A stretch of DNA of 54,093 nucleotides, the filler included, from Bipalium vagum (Eukaryota), in NCBI GenBank assembly GCA_037834085.1. It is 3 parts of 3 records of this genome, joined end to end, with 100 filler letters (N's around TTAATTAATTAA, not from the genome) between each part and the next. Parts side by side here need not be neighbours in the genome. Positions count along the whole stretch, not along the records: positions 1 to 16,678 come from JBBMKC010098712.1; positions 16,779 to 36,548 come from JBBMKC010267989.1; 1 more part is not named here. The stretch is one strand, 5' to 3'. Numbering within the stretch: the first letter of the stretch is position 1; every line of letters starts with the position of its first letter. The position numbers and the translations under genes were made by a program. A model generated the notes under the pieces. That model searched no databases. It worked only from the letters and a program-made list of their open reading frames with translations, and had not been told where the DNA came from. This document shows positions 12,901 through 23,800 of this stretch, piece by piece.

Positions 12901-15900
12901 TTATGAAGTCTTTCTATAAGGGGGAGTCTTTGAAATATCATTTATCATAGGGTCAGTTAAAAACTGCATTCAATTTAGCACTTTCGATTTCCATATATCT
13001 CCAAATTACTCCAAAAATCTATTGATGGGAAGATTGGTAAAACTACTTAAACCAGTTCAAATCTAAAAGTCTTGATGTTGGCTAAATGGTGCTATTAATG
13101 AAGAAAATATTTGCATATTTTACTAAGTATATTTGTGCTAAGTTTCACATTGACTTTCAATTAAAAGATGATACGAACTTATTTTCTAATATAATAATTC
13201 TGTAAACTATTAAACTATAGAATACATATTAATAAAAGCATCATTTGTTAAACATGAATCTAGAAAGAAATGCGATTTCGATTTAAAATTTTTGATTTAC
13301 TTAATTTTCAAAGTCGACATTTTTCATTCATCATTAAATTCTCAATAATAAAAGAGAATATAAAGTTTTCAAAAAAATAACTGATCTTGAAATTTAGGTA
13401 ATACATTCTAAATCGGTTTCGGGATTTGGGTTACAGTGTCTATTGAGCATTAAACCTGGAATGTATATTCCTGAACAACTGAATGGAGAAGATTCTTCAA
13501 GACCTCAACTGATTGGTAATAAAAATATTACAAAGATAAATTACATTAGATTTTTAGAAATGAATGAGCAAAAATCATTAATCGAATGGAAAAGTATATC
13601 TATAATAATGTGTACATAAATACTAATAATTTAGAAATAAATGAAACAATGGAAATAAAATTACTGCTAGGAAACAGAAACATGATGAGAGGAAATCAAA
13701 TAGAAATCTCTGCTGACTTAGATACTCAAATGCTGGAAGACGAAAACCTTGGAAGAACGGTGGTGCTAGTGGCTGTAAATAATATATTACTTGGGATGAT
13801 TTCAATATCTGACCAAGTCAAAGCTGAAGCTTCGTTAGTAGTGTATACCTTGGCGAAGATGGGAATTGACGTTTGCCTACTTACAGGTGACAACCATAAG
13901 ACTGCAACAGCTATTGCCAAAGAGGTAATTTTTTTTAAAAATATTTTAATATGCTTTTATTATTTAAATATGATTTAACATATAAATTATAAATATGATA
14001 TTAAATATACAGTGAAAGAAATTGAATTACTTTCACCCGTATTTTTTTAAAATTCTATTGAAAAAATTTAAAATATTTTTTAAATACAAAGAACTTTTTG
14101 GTAAGTCTATAAAGGTTATAAAAATAATAGAGATTAAATAAGGCCAATCTTCAAAAAATATATTTAATAAATTTTTAGTTTAATAGCGAAATAAAACATT
14201 AATATTTGCAAACATCATATAAAATTTAGTTATTTTTGAACTTTAATATCCTGCGTGAGCTCCGTTTTTTTATGGAAAAAACCAAGATTCTTATTATATA
14301 GGGTGGCCCATATATAGATACCGCGCAGTCAAACCTTTAAATTTGGTAAACCAGCAAACATAAACATAAGTTAAATTTTAGAACGAATAACATTTATATT
14401 CAAGAACATTATTCGGAACATTTGTTCTTTTTCGGAACAAGCACGTAATTTTTGTTAGTAGTGGCGGCATCTATATATGGGCCACTCTTTATTTATGTCA
14501 ATGTCATTTCAACAAAATGCCGGATAGCCTTTTCTAAATAAACAGTATTTTAAAATTGTCTCCCATTGGCGTTTACACCCCTAATGATGATATCCAATAG
14601 ATTTTCTATTGGGTTCAAGTCTGGAATAAGTAATGGCCATTCTAAAATATTATTATTTTTATCTTTTAGCCATTTTTGTCTTTTTGACACCTTGAATAGG
14701 TGCATTATTATGTTGAAACACGAAATTTCCAGAAAATAATTGGTCTGCATAGTCAATTAATTGAACCGAAAGTAAATCAATATAATATGTTGCCTCCATT
14801 TTAATGGATATAAGTGCTAAAGGTAACTTCTTGTAGAATGAAAAGCTCCCCATATCATCAATGATCCTCCGCCAAAGTTACCACTGTATCCTTTTTCATC
14901 TTCTCTTCTCAAGTCGTGCCAATAATATTGACAACTGTCAGTATTATCTAGAATAAACTTTTTCTTCTCACTAAAAAGAACTTTTTTCCATTCCTCATCC
15001 ATATCACGTACTTTTCGATCCACGCCAGCGGATTTTCTTATGCTTATTGGTTAGTTTAGGTTTACCCTGTCTCTTCTTCCATTCTAATAAATTATTTTCT
15101 TTTAATACTTGTTGTATTCTCCGTACTGCAACTGATAACTTCAGTTCTAATTGTATTTGAGAAGATTACAGGTAACCATTAACAGCTTTGTTGAAAATAT
15201 GTCGTTAATCTCTTGAAGATGAAGAGGATTTCTTTCAACTACTTACATATTTACCATAATTTTCTTTATATTTGCAATAATTATTTACGAAAACGTGAGA
15301 TCTTTTCAGATAAAGAGCAATCTTCCTATTCCACCATCCGGCATCTTTTAAGAAATCAATTAAGCCGTTTTCAATTCTCATATTCTATATAATGAAATCA
15401 TTTTTTTAAATTAGTGTGCTAAGTAATCTAGAAACAATAACCTTACCAATTTCAATTCAAGATATTAAGATAAAATGTTTGTTTTTAAAAAATATATAAT
15501 TTGGATTTAATTTAATTTCGCACCAAATATATAAGTATTTTTAAACAAATTACATAAATTCTATATTATTTAATTCTTTATAGGAATTTTATTTATACAT
15601 GTTTATATCATATTTTTGATAACGGTTGAATTACAATGGTATAATTTGTTTTCGTTTTATCTATGGTAATCATGTTGTAACTAATTCAATTTTGTCCACT
15701 GTATAGTCAGAAATATCATTAGAATAGTAATTATATTACTAAATAATATTAAAAATAATAAAAACGATCAAAGAAGTCAGCTTATCTATGAATGAGGTAA
15801 CAATTAAAATAAAGAAGTTCTAAATCCAATCTATTAAATTGTATCATTATTTTTGCAATGACCCAATATAAAAGAATAAATTCATAAAAATAGGTCTATA

Positions 15901-16539
15901 ATTTTGTAATTTTTTGACTTTTCTATTGTTCGTTTTTTGAAATGATACGGTTTTTTTGATTTTAAAGTTTTTGTTATTTGGTTGTAGTGGAATGAAATTT
16001 TCTGGATCTGTTTGTTTGAAATTCCTTTCTTAATGCTGGATTTAAGTAAATAACATGCATAACAAGTTTATTTTTATATTTAGTTTAACATAGTTAGAAA
16101 TTATTTTCTAAATCCATAACAATTTTAACGCAAAGGAAACAAAGTTGAAAAGTTAATACATTTTAGGTTGGCATTAAACATGTATTTGCAGAAGTCTTGC
16201 CCTCTCATAAAGTTGCAAAGATCCAACAAATTCAAGATATGTCTGATATTAAAAATACGAAGTCTACTAATTTATGTGTGAAATCTATTAAAAGAAGAAA
16301 AGTTGCAATGGTAGGAGATGGAATTAATGACAGTCCAGCTCTTGCTCAAGCTGATGTGGGTATTGCCATTGGAACAGGTACCGATGTTGCAGTTGAAGCT
16401 GCAGATGTAGTTCTTATCCGAAATTCGTTGTTGGATGTTATTGGAGCAATGAAATTAAGCAAGGCTACCGTAAGAAGAATCCGGGAAAATTTTGTTGCTG
16501 CTACAATTTATAATTTAGTCGGTATTCCCATTGCTGCAG
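3958..16539 (+). CDS. ATP7: Copper-transporting P1B-type ATPase (ATP7A/ATP7B family), partial multi-exon gene
   Basis: Hand-assembled GT-AG exons in continuous frame: 3958-4402, 4444-4569, 4610-4718, 8418-8542, 9797-9928, 9973-10161, 10205-10417, 13398-13515, 13558-13593, 13635-13924, 16167-16539 (~718 codons). Motifs: [31 protein letters not shown] (actuator), [12 protein letters not shown] (CPC), [25 protein letters not shown] in TM7. The metal-binding N-terminus lies upstream of the window; the final TM/C-terminal exons are not visible (spacer at 16679). Confidence 0.96.
4975..6060 (+). mobile_element. Decayed mariner (Mos1/mauritiana-like) in an ATP7 intron
   Basis: ORFs 5065-5304, 5341-5631 and 5745-5933: [50 protein letters not shown]. 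Boundaries approximate. Confidence 0.9.
6131..7409 (-). mobile_element. Full-length (1279 bp) defective mariner, cecropia/Hsmar1-like subfamily
   Basis: 29-bp TIRs (TTAGGTTGTTGCAATAATAATGTCGTTTT versus reverse complement TTAGGTTGGTACAAAAATAATGTCGTTTT, 26/29 identical), flanked by TA on both sides. ORF pieces [50 protein letters not shown]. Confidence 0.95.
7500..8160 (+). mobile_element. Merlin (IS1016/IS1595-like) transposon remnant
   Basis: ~7868-8030 reads [29 protein letters not shown]...[11 protein letters not shown], the VNHS..FVDP.TG.HT..IE..W motif of ISXO2/Merlin transposases. Boundaries approximate. Confidence 0.75.
8590..9600 (-). mobile_element. Decayed mariner in an ATP7 intron, with an internal AT-rich low-complexity tract (~9370-9525)
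   Basis: IWHCILYEY (~9540), [43 protein letters not shown]. Confidence 0.85.
10508..11660 (+). mobile_element. Decayed mariner in an ATP7 intron
   Basis: [56 protein letters not shown]; TIR-like TTAGATAACCAAAAAGTTCTTTCCATTTTT at the 5' end. Confidence 0.85.
10623..10710. repeat. Near-perfect 44-bp tandem duplication
   Basis: ATCTATCTAGTAAATGTTTTGCAATATGTAATTAATTTTTT occurs at 10623 and again at 10667. Confidence 0.9.
12200..12900 (+). mobile_element. Mariner 3' remnant (different subfamily)
   Basis: [49 protein letters not shown]; TIR-like end near 12870-12897. Confidence 0.75.
14010..15701 (-). mobile_element. Tc1/Tc3-like element, defective, both TIRs present
   Basis: TIRs CAGTGAAAGAAATTGAATTACTTTCACC and reverse complement CAGTGGACAAAATTGAATTAGTTACAAC (22/28), TA flanks. 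[49 protein letters not shown]. Confidence 0.92.
14300..14488. mobile_element. ~190-bp MITE nested in the Tc1-like element
   Basis: TIRs AGGGTGGCCCATATATAGATACCGC and reverse complement AGAGTGGCCCATATATAGATGCCGC (23/25); no ORF. Confidence 0.85.
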
Positions 16540-16604
16540 GTAGGAATATAAACAGTGACATTTTCTAATCTTTCGTGGAAAATATTTTCTCTTTCTAAAT
16601 GAAT

Positions 16605-16618
16605 TAATAATAATAATG

Positions 16619-16678
<60 letters not shown>
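16605..16678. repeat. (TAA)n microsatellite running into the gap
   Basis: Directly visible, about 24 units with one TGA interruption. Confidence 0.97.
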
Positions 16679-16778
16679 NNNNNNNNNNNNNNNNNNNNNN
16701 NNNNNNNNNNNNNNNNNNNNNNTTAATTAATTAANNNNNNNNNNNNNNNNNNNNNNNNNNNNNNNNNNNNNNNNNNNN
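16679..16778. other. Artificial assembly spacer N44-TTAATTAATTAA-N44
   Basis: Exactly 100 nt; the palindromic core has stop codons in all six frames; identical to the second spacer. Confidence 0.95.
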
Positions 16779-17828
16779 TTTTTACATTATTTTTAATTTT
16801 ATAACCTTTTTTTGTTTTTAGTAATTTATTTTATGTATTCTGAGTACTCTGAAAATCAAAAATGCGCCTGTGCCTGTTTGTGAGTAGTTGTGATAGCATT
16901 GTCTGAGTTGGTCAAACGCTTACTCATCATTCATTGGTAGTTTACTTTATAGAAGGAAAACAACAGAAATATACTTACTTGACAGTAGATATTCTCGATC
17001 GCAACAATGACTCATCGTCATAGTTCTGGCATTTAAATAAGTCTAAAATTGATGGAAATATTGAAAATTCAGTTCCTATCATATCTACCTTGATACTGTT
17101 TTACCAAATCTTGACTTAAAGAAATCTCACGATCTGTTTGTATCCAAGACCAATATATGGATTCTTGTTTTTTATAAAGTTAAATTAATTGTCTGTTTAT
17201 TGTCCAAATTACTTTTTGACCTAACCAGGCTCATACTGAAGAGGAAAATCCTTTGAATACATTATATAAAATTGAGAAACTGTTCTGGGAGAAAGTTCCA
17301 AATCAGGATTTTCTGATGATATTGAGATCACCGGCCCAACTAAAACATCCTTAAACATTATCGTGCTTCTACAAATTTTTTATTATGTGAAATAAACCAA
17401 ATACCATTTCTTTGATGATATGTAAAAAATATTTTTTGAAAAAAATTTTAAATTTAAAATACTTTTCATATTTTTTACAAAAATAAAATTTTTATTTTCA
17501 AGGTTTGTTTAATATCTAATTAATAACATTTCTTTATTTAATGAAACTTCTTTAGTTTCTGGACACTTTACCAAGTAATAACTCATTTTAAATAAAATAT
17601 TCTTTACAAGACTAAGTGTACTTACTGTAAAGTACTTCAATATACAATCAATAATTTAATAAATCAAATAGATATTGTTTTTTCTTTTACTAAATCATTG
17701 TTATTAATTTTTAAATAAAGTCTATTTAATTAAGAATTTCCGGTAAAGTAAAGTAATTTTTAATATTTTAAAATCTTATTTTGCAGTATTTTCATAAAAT
17801 TGAATTATTTTTGTATTTATTGATAGAA

Positions 17829-20800
17829 ATGGAAAACAAAGAAAATCAGTTTTTAGCTTCCAAAGATATTATGGAAAATGATAATAACAGTGCAATGCTC
17901 TATGAGAGATCAAGAATTAAAGCTCTGTCTGGTAAATAGATATAATTGTCATTTTTAATAGTTTTTATTACTTTTATAAAATAGAACAAAGAGAAGACGT
18001 TCAGAAAAAAACATTTACAAAATGGGTTAATTCTCATTTATTGAAGGCCAAAGGAACGAATCCCATAGATGATTTATACGTTGATTTGCAAGATGGGAAA
18101 GCTTTGTTGAAATTATTAGAAGTTCTTTCTGGTGAAAAGATGGTAAGTTTCCAAAAATGTTGATTTCACATTTATCTTACATTTCAATCTGATTTCTTTA
18201 AGAAACTTTATATTTTGTAATTATTTATTTAAAACTATTAATTTTTTCCCCAACAATTTTCTAAATGAAGTTTAGACACAAATTGTAATTTCATTAACTA
18301 AGGTAAAGTTATTACGAAATAGACTAAACATTTTAGATATTAAGATTTGGATAATAAAATACTTTTTATCACCGAAATATATATTTTAAAGTGATATTGT
18401 TATAGTATTAATATTCTATTAATATTAATACTAATATTAATTTTCATTCTTAGCCCTCGGCGACCAAAGGAAAATTAAGAATACACTGTATTGAAAATGT
18501 AACGAAATCAATCAAATTTTTAAGTGAACAGCACGTTTATTTGGAAAATCTCGGTGCGCATGATATAGTTGATGGAAATCCAACTTTAATTTTGGGTTTA
18601 ATTTGGACGATAATTCTTCGATTCCAAATACAAAATGCAGCAGTTGACGAGCAAGATGGTAAGAAAACATCAAAAGAATCGCTATTGTTATGGTGTCAAA
18701 TGAAAACTGCTGGGTATAATAATGTAAATATTCGAAATTTTACTACAAGTTGGAAAGATGGGTTGGCATTTAATGCTTTACTACATAAACATAGACCAGA
18801 TGTAGTTGATTATATAAATTTATCGAAGGCCAATCCCGTGGAGAATATGAATCTTGCTTTTGATATAGCAGAACGTGAATTTGGAGTTCCACAACTTTTG
18901 GATGCAAAGGACATCATCGTTGATCAACCCGAGGAAAAATCAATCATGACATATGTTGGAGAGCTATGCATTGCAATGAATAAAATGAAGAGCAATGAGA
19001 AACAGTGTAAAAGATTAGGTAATGTAATTACAGAGGCAATTCTGGTGGAAAGCTTCATAGAAAATTATGAAAAACTTTCCAGTGATTTGCTTGAATGGAT
19101 AGAGATGAAAATTCATTGGATGGATTATACGAAAATGAAGCAATCCCTACCTGGTGTAAGGGAACAATTGGCCGAGTTCAGTACTTACCGATTGACAGAA
19201 AAGCCACCGAAATTCAAAAATCGAGGCTTAATAGAAATGAAATTTTTTGAAATCCAAAGTAAACTTAGATCGGACAATAGAAAATTGTATATTCCTCCAG
19301 AAGGAAAATTAATTTCTGATATTAATAAGGCTTGGGAAAATCTGGAAAAAGCTGAACATAGAATGGAATTGAAGCTTTATGAAGAGTTGATCAATCAACA
19401 GAAACTAGAACAGCTTGCTAATCATTTCAATCGCAAAGCCCAAATGAGAGAAACTTGGTTACACGAGAACGATCTTTTGGTACATCAGAATATATTTGGC
19501 GAAGACCTGGTTACTGTTGTAGCAGCAATCAGAAAACATGAAGCATTAGAAGGAGACATAAATGCTCATGAAGAACGAATAAATGCACTTGGTTACATAG
19601 CTGATGATTTAAAAGCTGAAAATTATTATAAAATTTCTGAGATCGATGATAAATACGAATATATTGTCAAACTATGGAGAAAATTGTTATCAGATTTAGG
19701 AGAGCGGCGTGACAAACTTGATAGATGTAGAGACATCCAGTTTCTTTTACAAGAGGCTGACTATCTTATGGATTGGATTCGAGAAATCAGCTCTCGTTTA
19801 CAATCGAAAGATTTTGGGAAACATTTGCTAGGTGTTGAAAATCTATTGGAAAAGCACAAAATTTTGATTAGTGACATTCGGAATTTGGAAAACCGAGTTC
19901 AAGAAACATCTAATAATTTAGAAACCGTAGATTTTGACAAAGCAGCTATCGACCCTCAACTTGTAGAAAGTAAAAATAAATCTCTACTAGAGACTTACAA
20001 TGATCTATTAAATTTGGCCGATCAACGAGAATTGGATTTGAATCACTATAAAACCATGTGGCAGTATGTTGAGGACATCAATAGTGATAAAGAATGGGCA
20101 AAGGAAATTATCCAACTGATCCAAAACCCCGACAACGGACACGACCTGAAGTCTGTTGAGCGTTTAATTCGTAAATTTGAACTGATTGTATCTGATGTCA
20201 ACATTAGGCGCGATATTGTCGACGAAAAATTAAATAAAATCAAACAATTTTCGTACAATGACGAAAATATTCAGCGAACCAATTTTATAAACAGAGAAGT
20301 CAATGATATGCATGAGATTTTGGAAAACTTGGATGAACAGATCATCAGCAGAAAAAAGAGATTAGATGCATCACATCAATTTCATCAGACTCTGGCCGAT
20401 ATCGATGATGTCGACGCGACAATTCTGGAAGTGCGCAGGCTCTTCGAAAATACTGATGTTGGTGACAAGTTATCCGTCACGGAATTCTATTTGAAGCAAT
20501 ATGAGGAACAAATGAACCAGGTTTGTGAATTGGAAAAATTAATGAATGAATTACTTGATAAGAGAAATACTCTTATTCTTAACCCTAATGAAGAAAATGA
20601 AATCAACAAGGCTTGCGTAAAAATGCATCTAGATTTCGAAGATTTGATTAAATTAACAGAGCAACGCAAACACTTGTTGTTAAACAATAAAGAAAAGTTT
20701 TATTTGCTCAGCAATTTCGATACCATTTCCAATTGGATAGTGGCAAAAGAAAAACTGTTGGTGACTTTAATTCCTACAGAGGAGTTGGATGAGCTGAATG

Positions 20801-23800
20801 TTATTAAACATCGTTTTGATTGTTTTGAAGATGAACTCAAAATCAATTCAGTTAAAATCAGTGAAACTAATAATACATCATCAGCACTTATTCGTGATAA
20901 CCATCCTGAATCAGAACTAATTTCAATGAAACAAAATGAATTGAATACAGCCTGGAATGAGCTTGCAGATTTGGCTGATCAGAAGAAGCATGAACTCCAA
21001 TTGGCAGTAGATTTCAATCAGTTTTTGTTAGAATGTCATGAAACAGACAATTGGATCAGAGAAAAAATGGAATTGCTCAAATGGACCGATGAGCTGAAAG
21101 ACGATTTGGACGGTATCATGCAGTTGCAAAGAAGATTGGGATCTTTGCAAAGAGATGTTCAGGCTATTGAAGCAAAAGTCAGATATTTAAATAAGGAAGC
21201 TAATGTATTAAAAGAATCAAAACCGACCGAAGAAGCTGTTATTGATCAGGAAATAACATCAGTAAATGAATTATGGGCAGAGTTGAAGATCATGCTTCAA
21301 GATCGAGATGATCGATTGAATAGTTCTAATGAATTGCAGAAGTTCTTTAAAGATTTGGATTCGTTTGATATTTGGTTGAAAAGAATTCAAACTCAAGTGG
21401 CTACGCAAGAAATTCCAAAAGATTTACCGGTAATTGCATTGTATTTTGTTATTTAATTATTGTTTTTACATTTTTAATTTATGGTCTTTTATATTATATA
21501 ATTTCTTAATACTGCTATGCAAAAAAATATCAATAGCTGCTCTGATAACGACTAGTTTTGATGTCACCTCCAGACTTAAAATTGATCGACCATTGTTATG
21601 AGTTAGTGCTCAATTGTGTTACACACTTGAGATAATCAACATTTTGTCAAAACACGTTGATATGCAGACAACTCTATGACTATACAAAATCGATAAGTTA
21701 TTTTTTATGATTTTATCAATAAAGTATAGTGAAAGGAACCTTTAAAACTTTATTTAACTTAACAATTTATTTTTTGAATACTTTTTCTAAAAATTATTTC
21801 ATTTTTTACCAAAGAGATTTGTTATATATTCTATAGATAGCAAAGAAAGCATTTAGTTTTTCTCAGATTAGATTCAGAACTTGGAAGATTTCACATTTTT
21901 AACATCAACATTCAATGTTAAAGCTCTCTTGTGTATTAAATTATTATTATTGTGTATTAAATTAAGGCCGAGTCCATAATACTGTATCCATTAATATCTT
22001 TAATAACTTTGTGTATTCCGTGTGACTGAGCCATATAGTAACGGAGTGTAGAGAGATGTCATAACTGATTTCTGTTTGTCAGATGTTCTTTGTTCAACGA
22101 TGTAATGCAACTGTCCTTGCGTACCGATTACCCAATTTTTATTGGACAAAAATTAATTATTTCTGCACACCAACAAATACCGCAATGATTAATTATTTAA
22201 TTTTCGCTTGGCATTGTCATCAAATTTACTTTGTTATCTATCTCATTTGAAAATCATTTACTTTCATATATGCTGATGTCGAAGGGTAACGAACATTTCC
22301 TTGTTGTTTTAATAATATAAAAGCTTTTCGTAAAAATTTCATTATATCAATTAAAAATTAGTTTAAATCAACTCGTTGCTTCATAAGAAATATTGGTATA
22401 ACTGTAAATTCAGGTTCCTAACAAAATAAAAAAATATTAGAAACATTTATTACATTGGGTATAAAATTTTTTTGAATGAGTTAACGGAATTCCTTAAACC
22501 ATAAGCCCTAAAAAGGTTGGATAAGTTTTATTCGACGAATTTTCTTTGCTAGCATCTGCATATGGTCTCTATGATTCGTATGAACTCCTGAATGTAGGAA
22601 TTTCATTATTGTTAACCGTGTAATGGTTAAAGCCAAGCTTTTAAGGTCATTACAATCTTTCTATTGATTTGACCATGTAGTTTCACTTAATATCCGATTT
22701 TGAGTAATTGGAATAATGCATTTTTATCCCGTAAATGTAGAAGTATATCGACTGCTACAAAACTCATCGACCTTTTCTATATTTATGATATTTCCTAAAA
22801 AATATTTAAAATCAACTCTATTTGGAACACCTATTGCAATATCTCGCTCTTGTAAATCTGTAGAACATACTTCTCTAATAAAGTTTAGCCAGTCTACTAC
22901 TGTATGATCCATAGTTGTTATCTCACACATTTTCAGGTTTGAAAATATTACGTGACCAATAGTAAATTATACGGAAATTTCACGAATAGATAAATTAAAT
23001 TTGCTAAGAGAATTCTTATTAAAATTCGTTGTTTGCAGCACAAATGATGAATATCCGCTACAGTTTTTGACATTTTACCATTTTTGAAAAGAACACTCAT
23101 CAGTAGAACAAACCGTACTCATTGCTAAAAGACCATTTACTTAATACCATATTATAGCGGATTCTTCATCTGAAATTAAGCATGAAATATTTGTAGATAT
23201 TGCATATCATACACCATATATTTTGACAAATTATAATGCATGCTAATGGTATAGAAGTTGTCTGAGTAAATAAATATTCATTTCTATCTTAATATAAAAA
23301 TACAAATCTACATTACGATAAACTGTTAAAATGCCGCATAAATTTTCTTTAAATTAATGCTACCCTAAAATTTGAATTATTATATATTTTTTAAAAGAAA
23401 TTTTGTAAAAATAATGTATCTGGTAAAACAGACATTGTTAGATCAAGTGAAAATAGTTGAAGCTATATACAGAATATAAATCTTTTAAATCCTAAAAACA
23501 TCTTTTTTGATAAGAGATGAGATTTTTATATTTTATTGTTTTTTAATATATCATAGTAAAAAAGTTTTAACATTTGCTATAAAAACAATGATAATTTTAT
23601 TTTCGGAATTTATCTTATATTAAAGATTGTGTAAAACCTTTTTCATTTAAATTTAAACTTTGCAAATAATTTTATTTTAATAAATTTAACGTAAATATCC
23701 TGATGTTAAACATCCTTTCAAATGAAATCTTCATAAATTTAATTTCATTAAAAAACTAATTTTTTTGAATTGATAAAATTTATTTATCATTTTGACTTGG

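Noticed and set aside
16790-17400. Possible piggyBac remnant or the missing ATP7 3' exons
   Set aside because: Only a weak LYKI match; no TTAA/TIR ends and no ATP7 TM8 motif.
20046-20687. Antisense ORFs over spectrin (and similar ones over ATP7 and the kinase)
   Set aside because: Shadow frames of real coding sequence.
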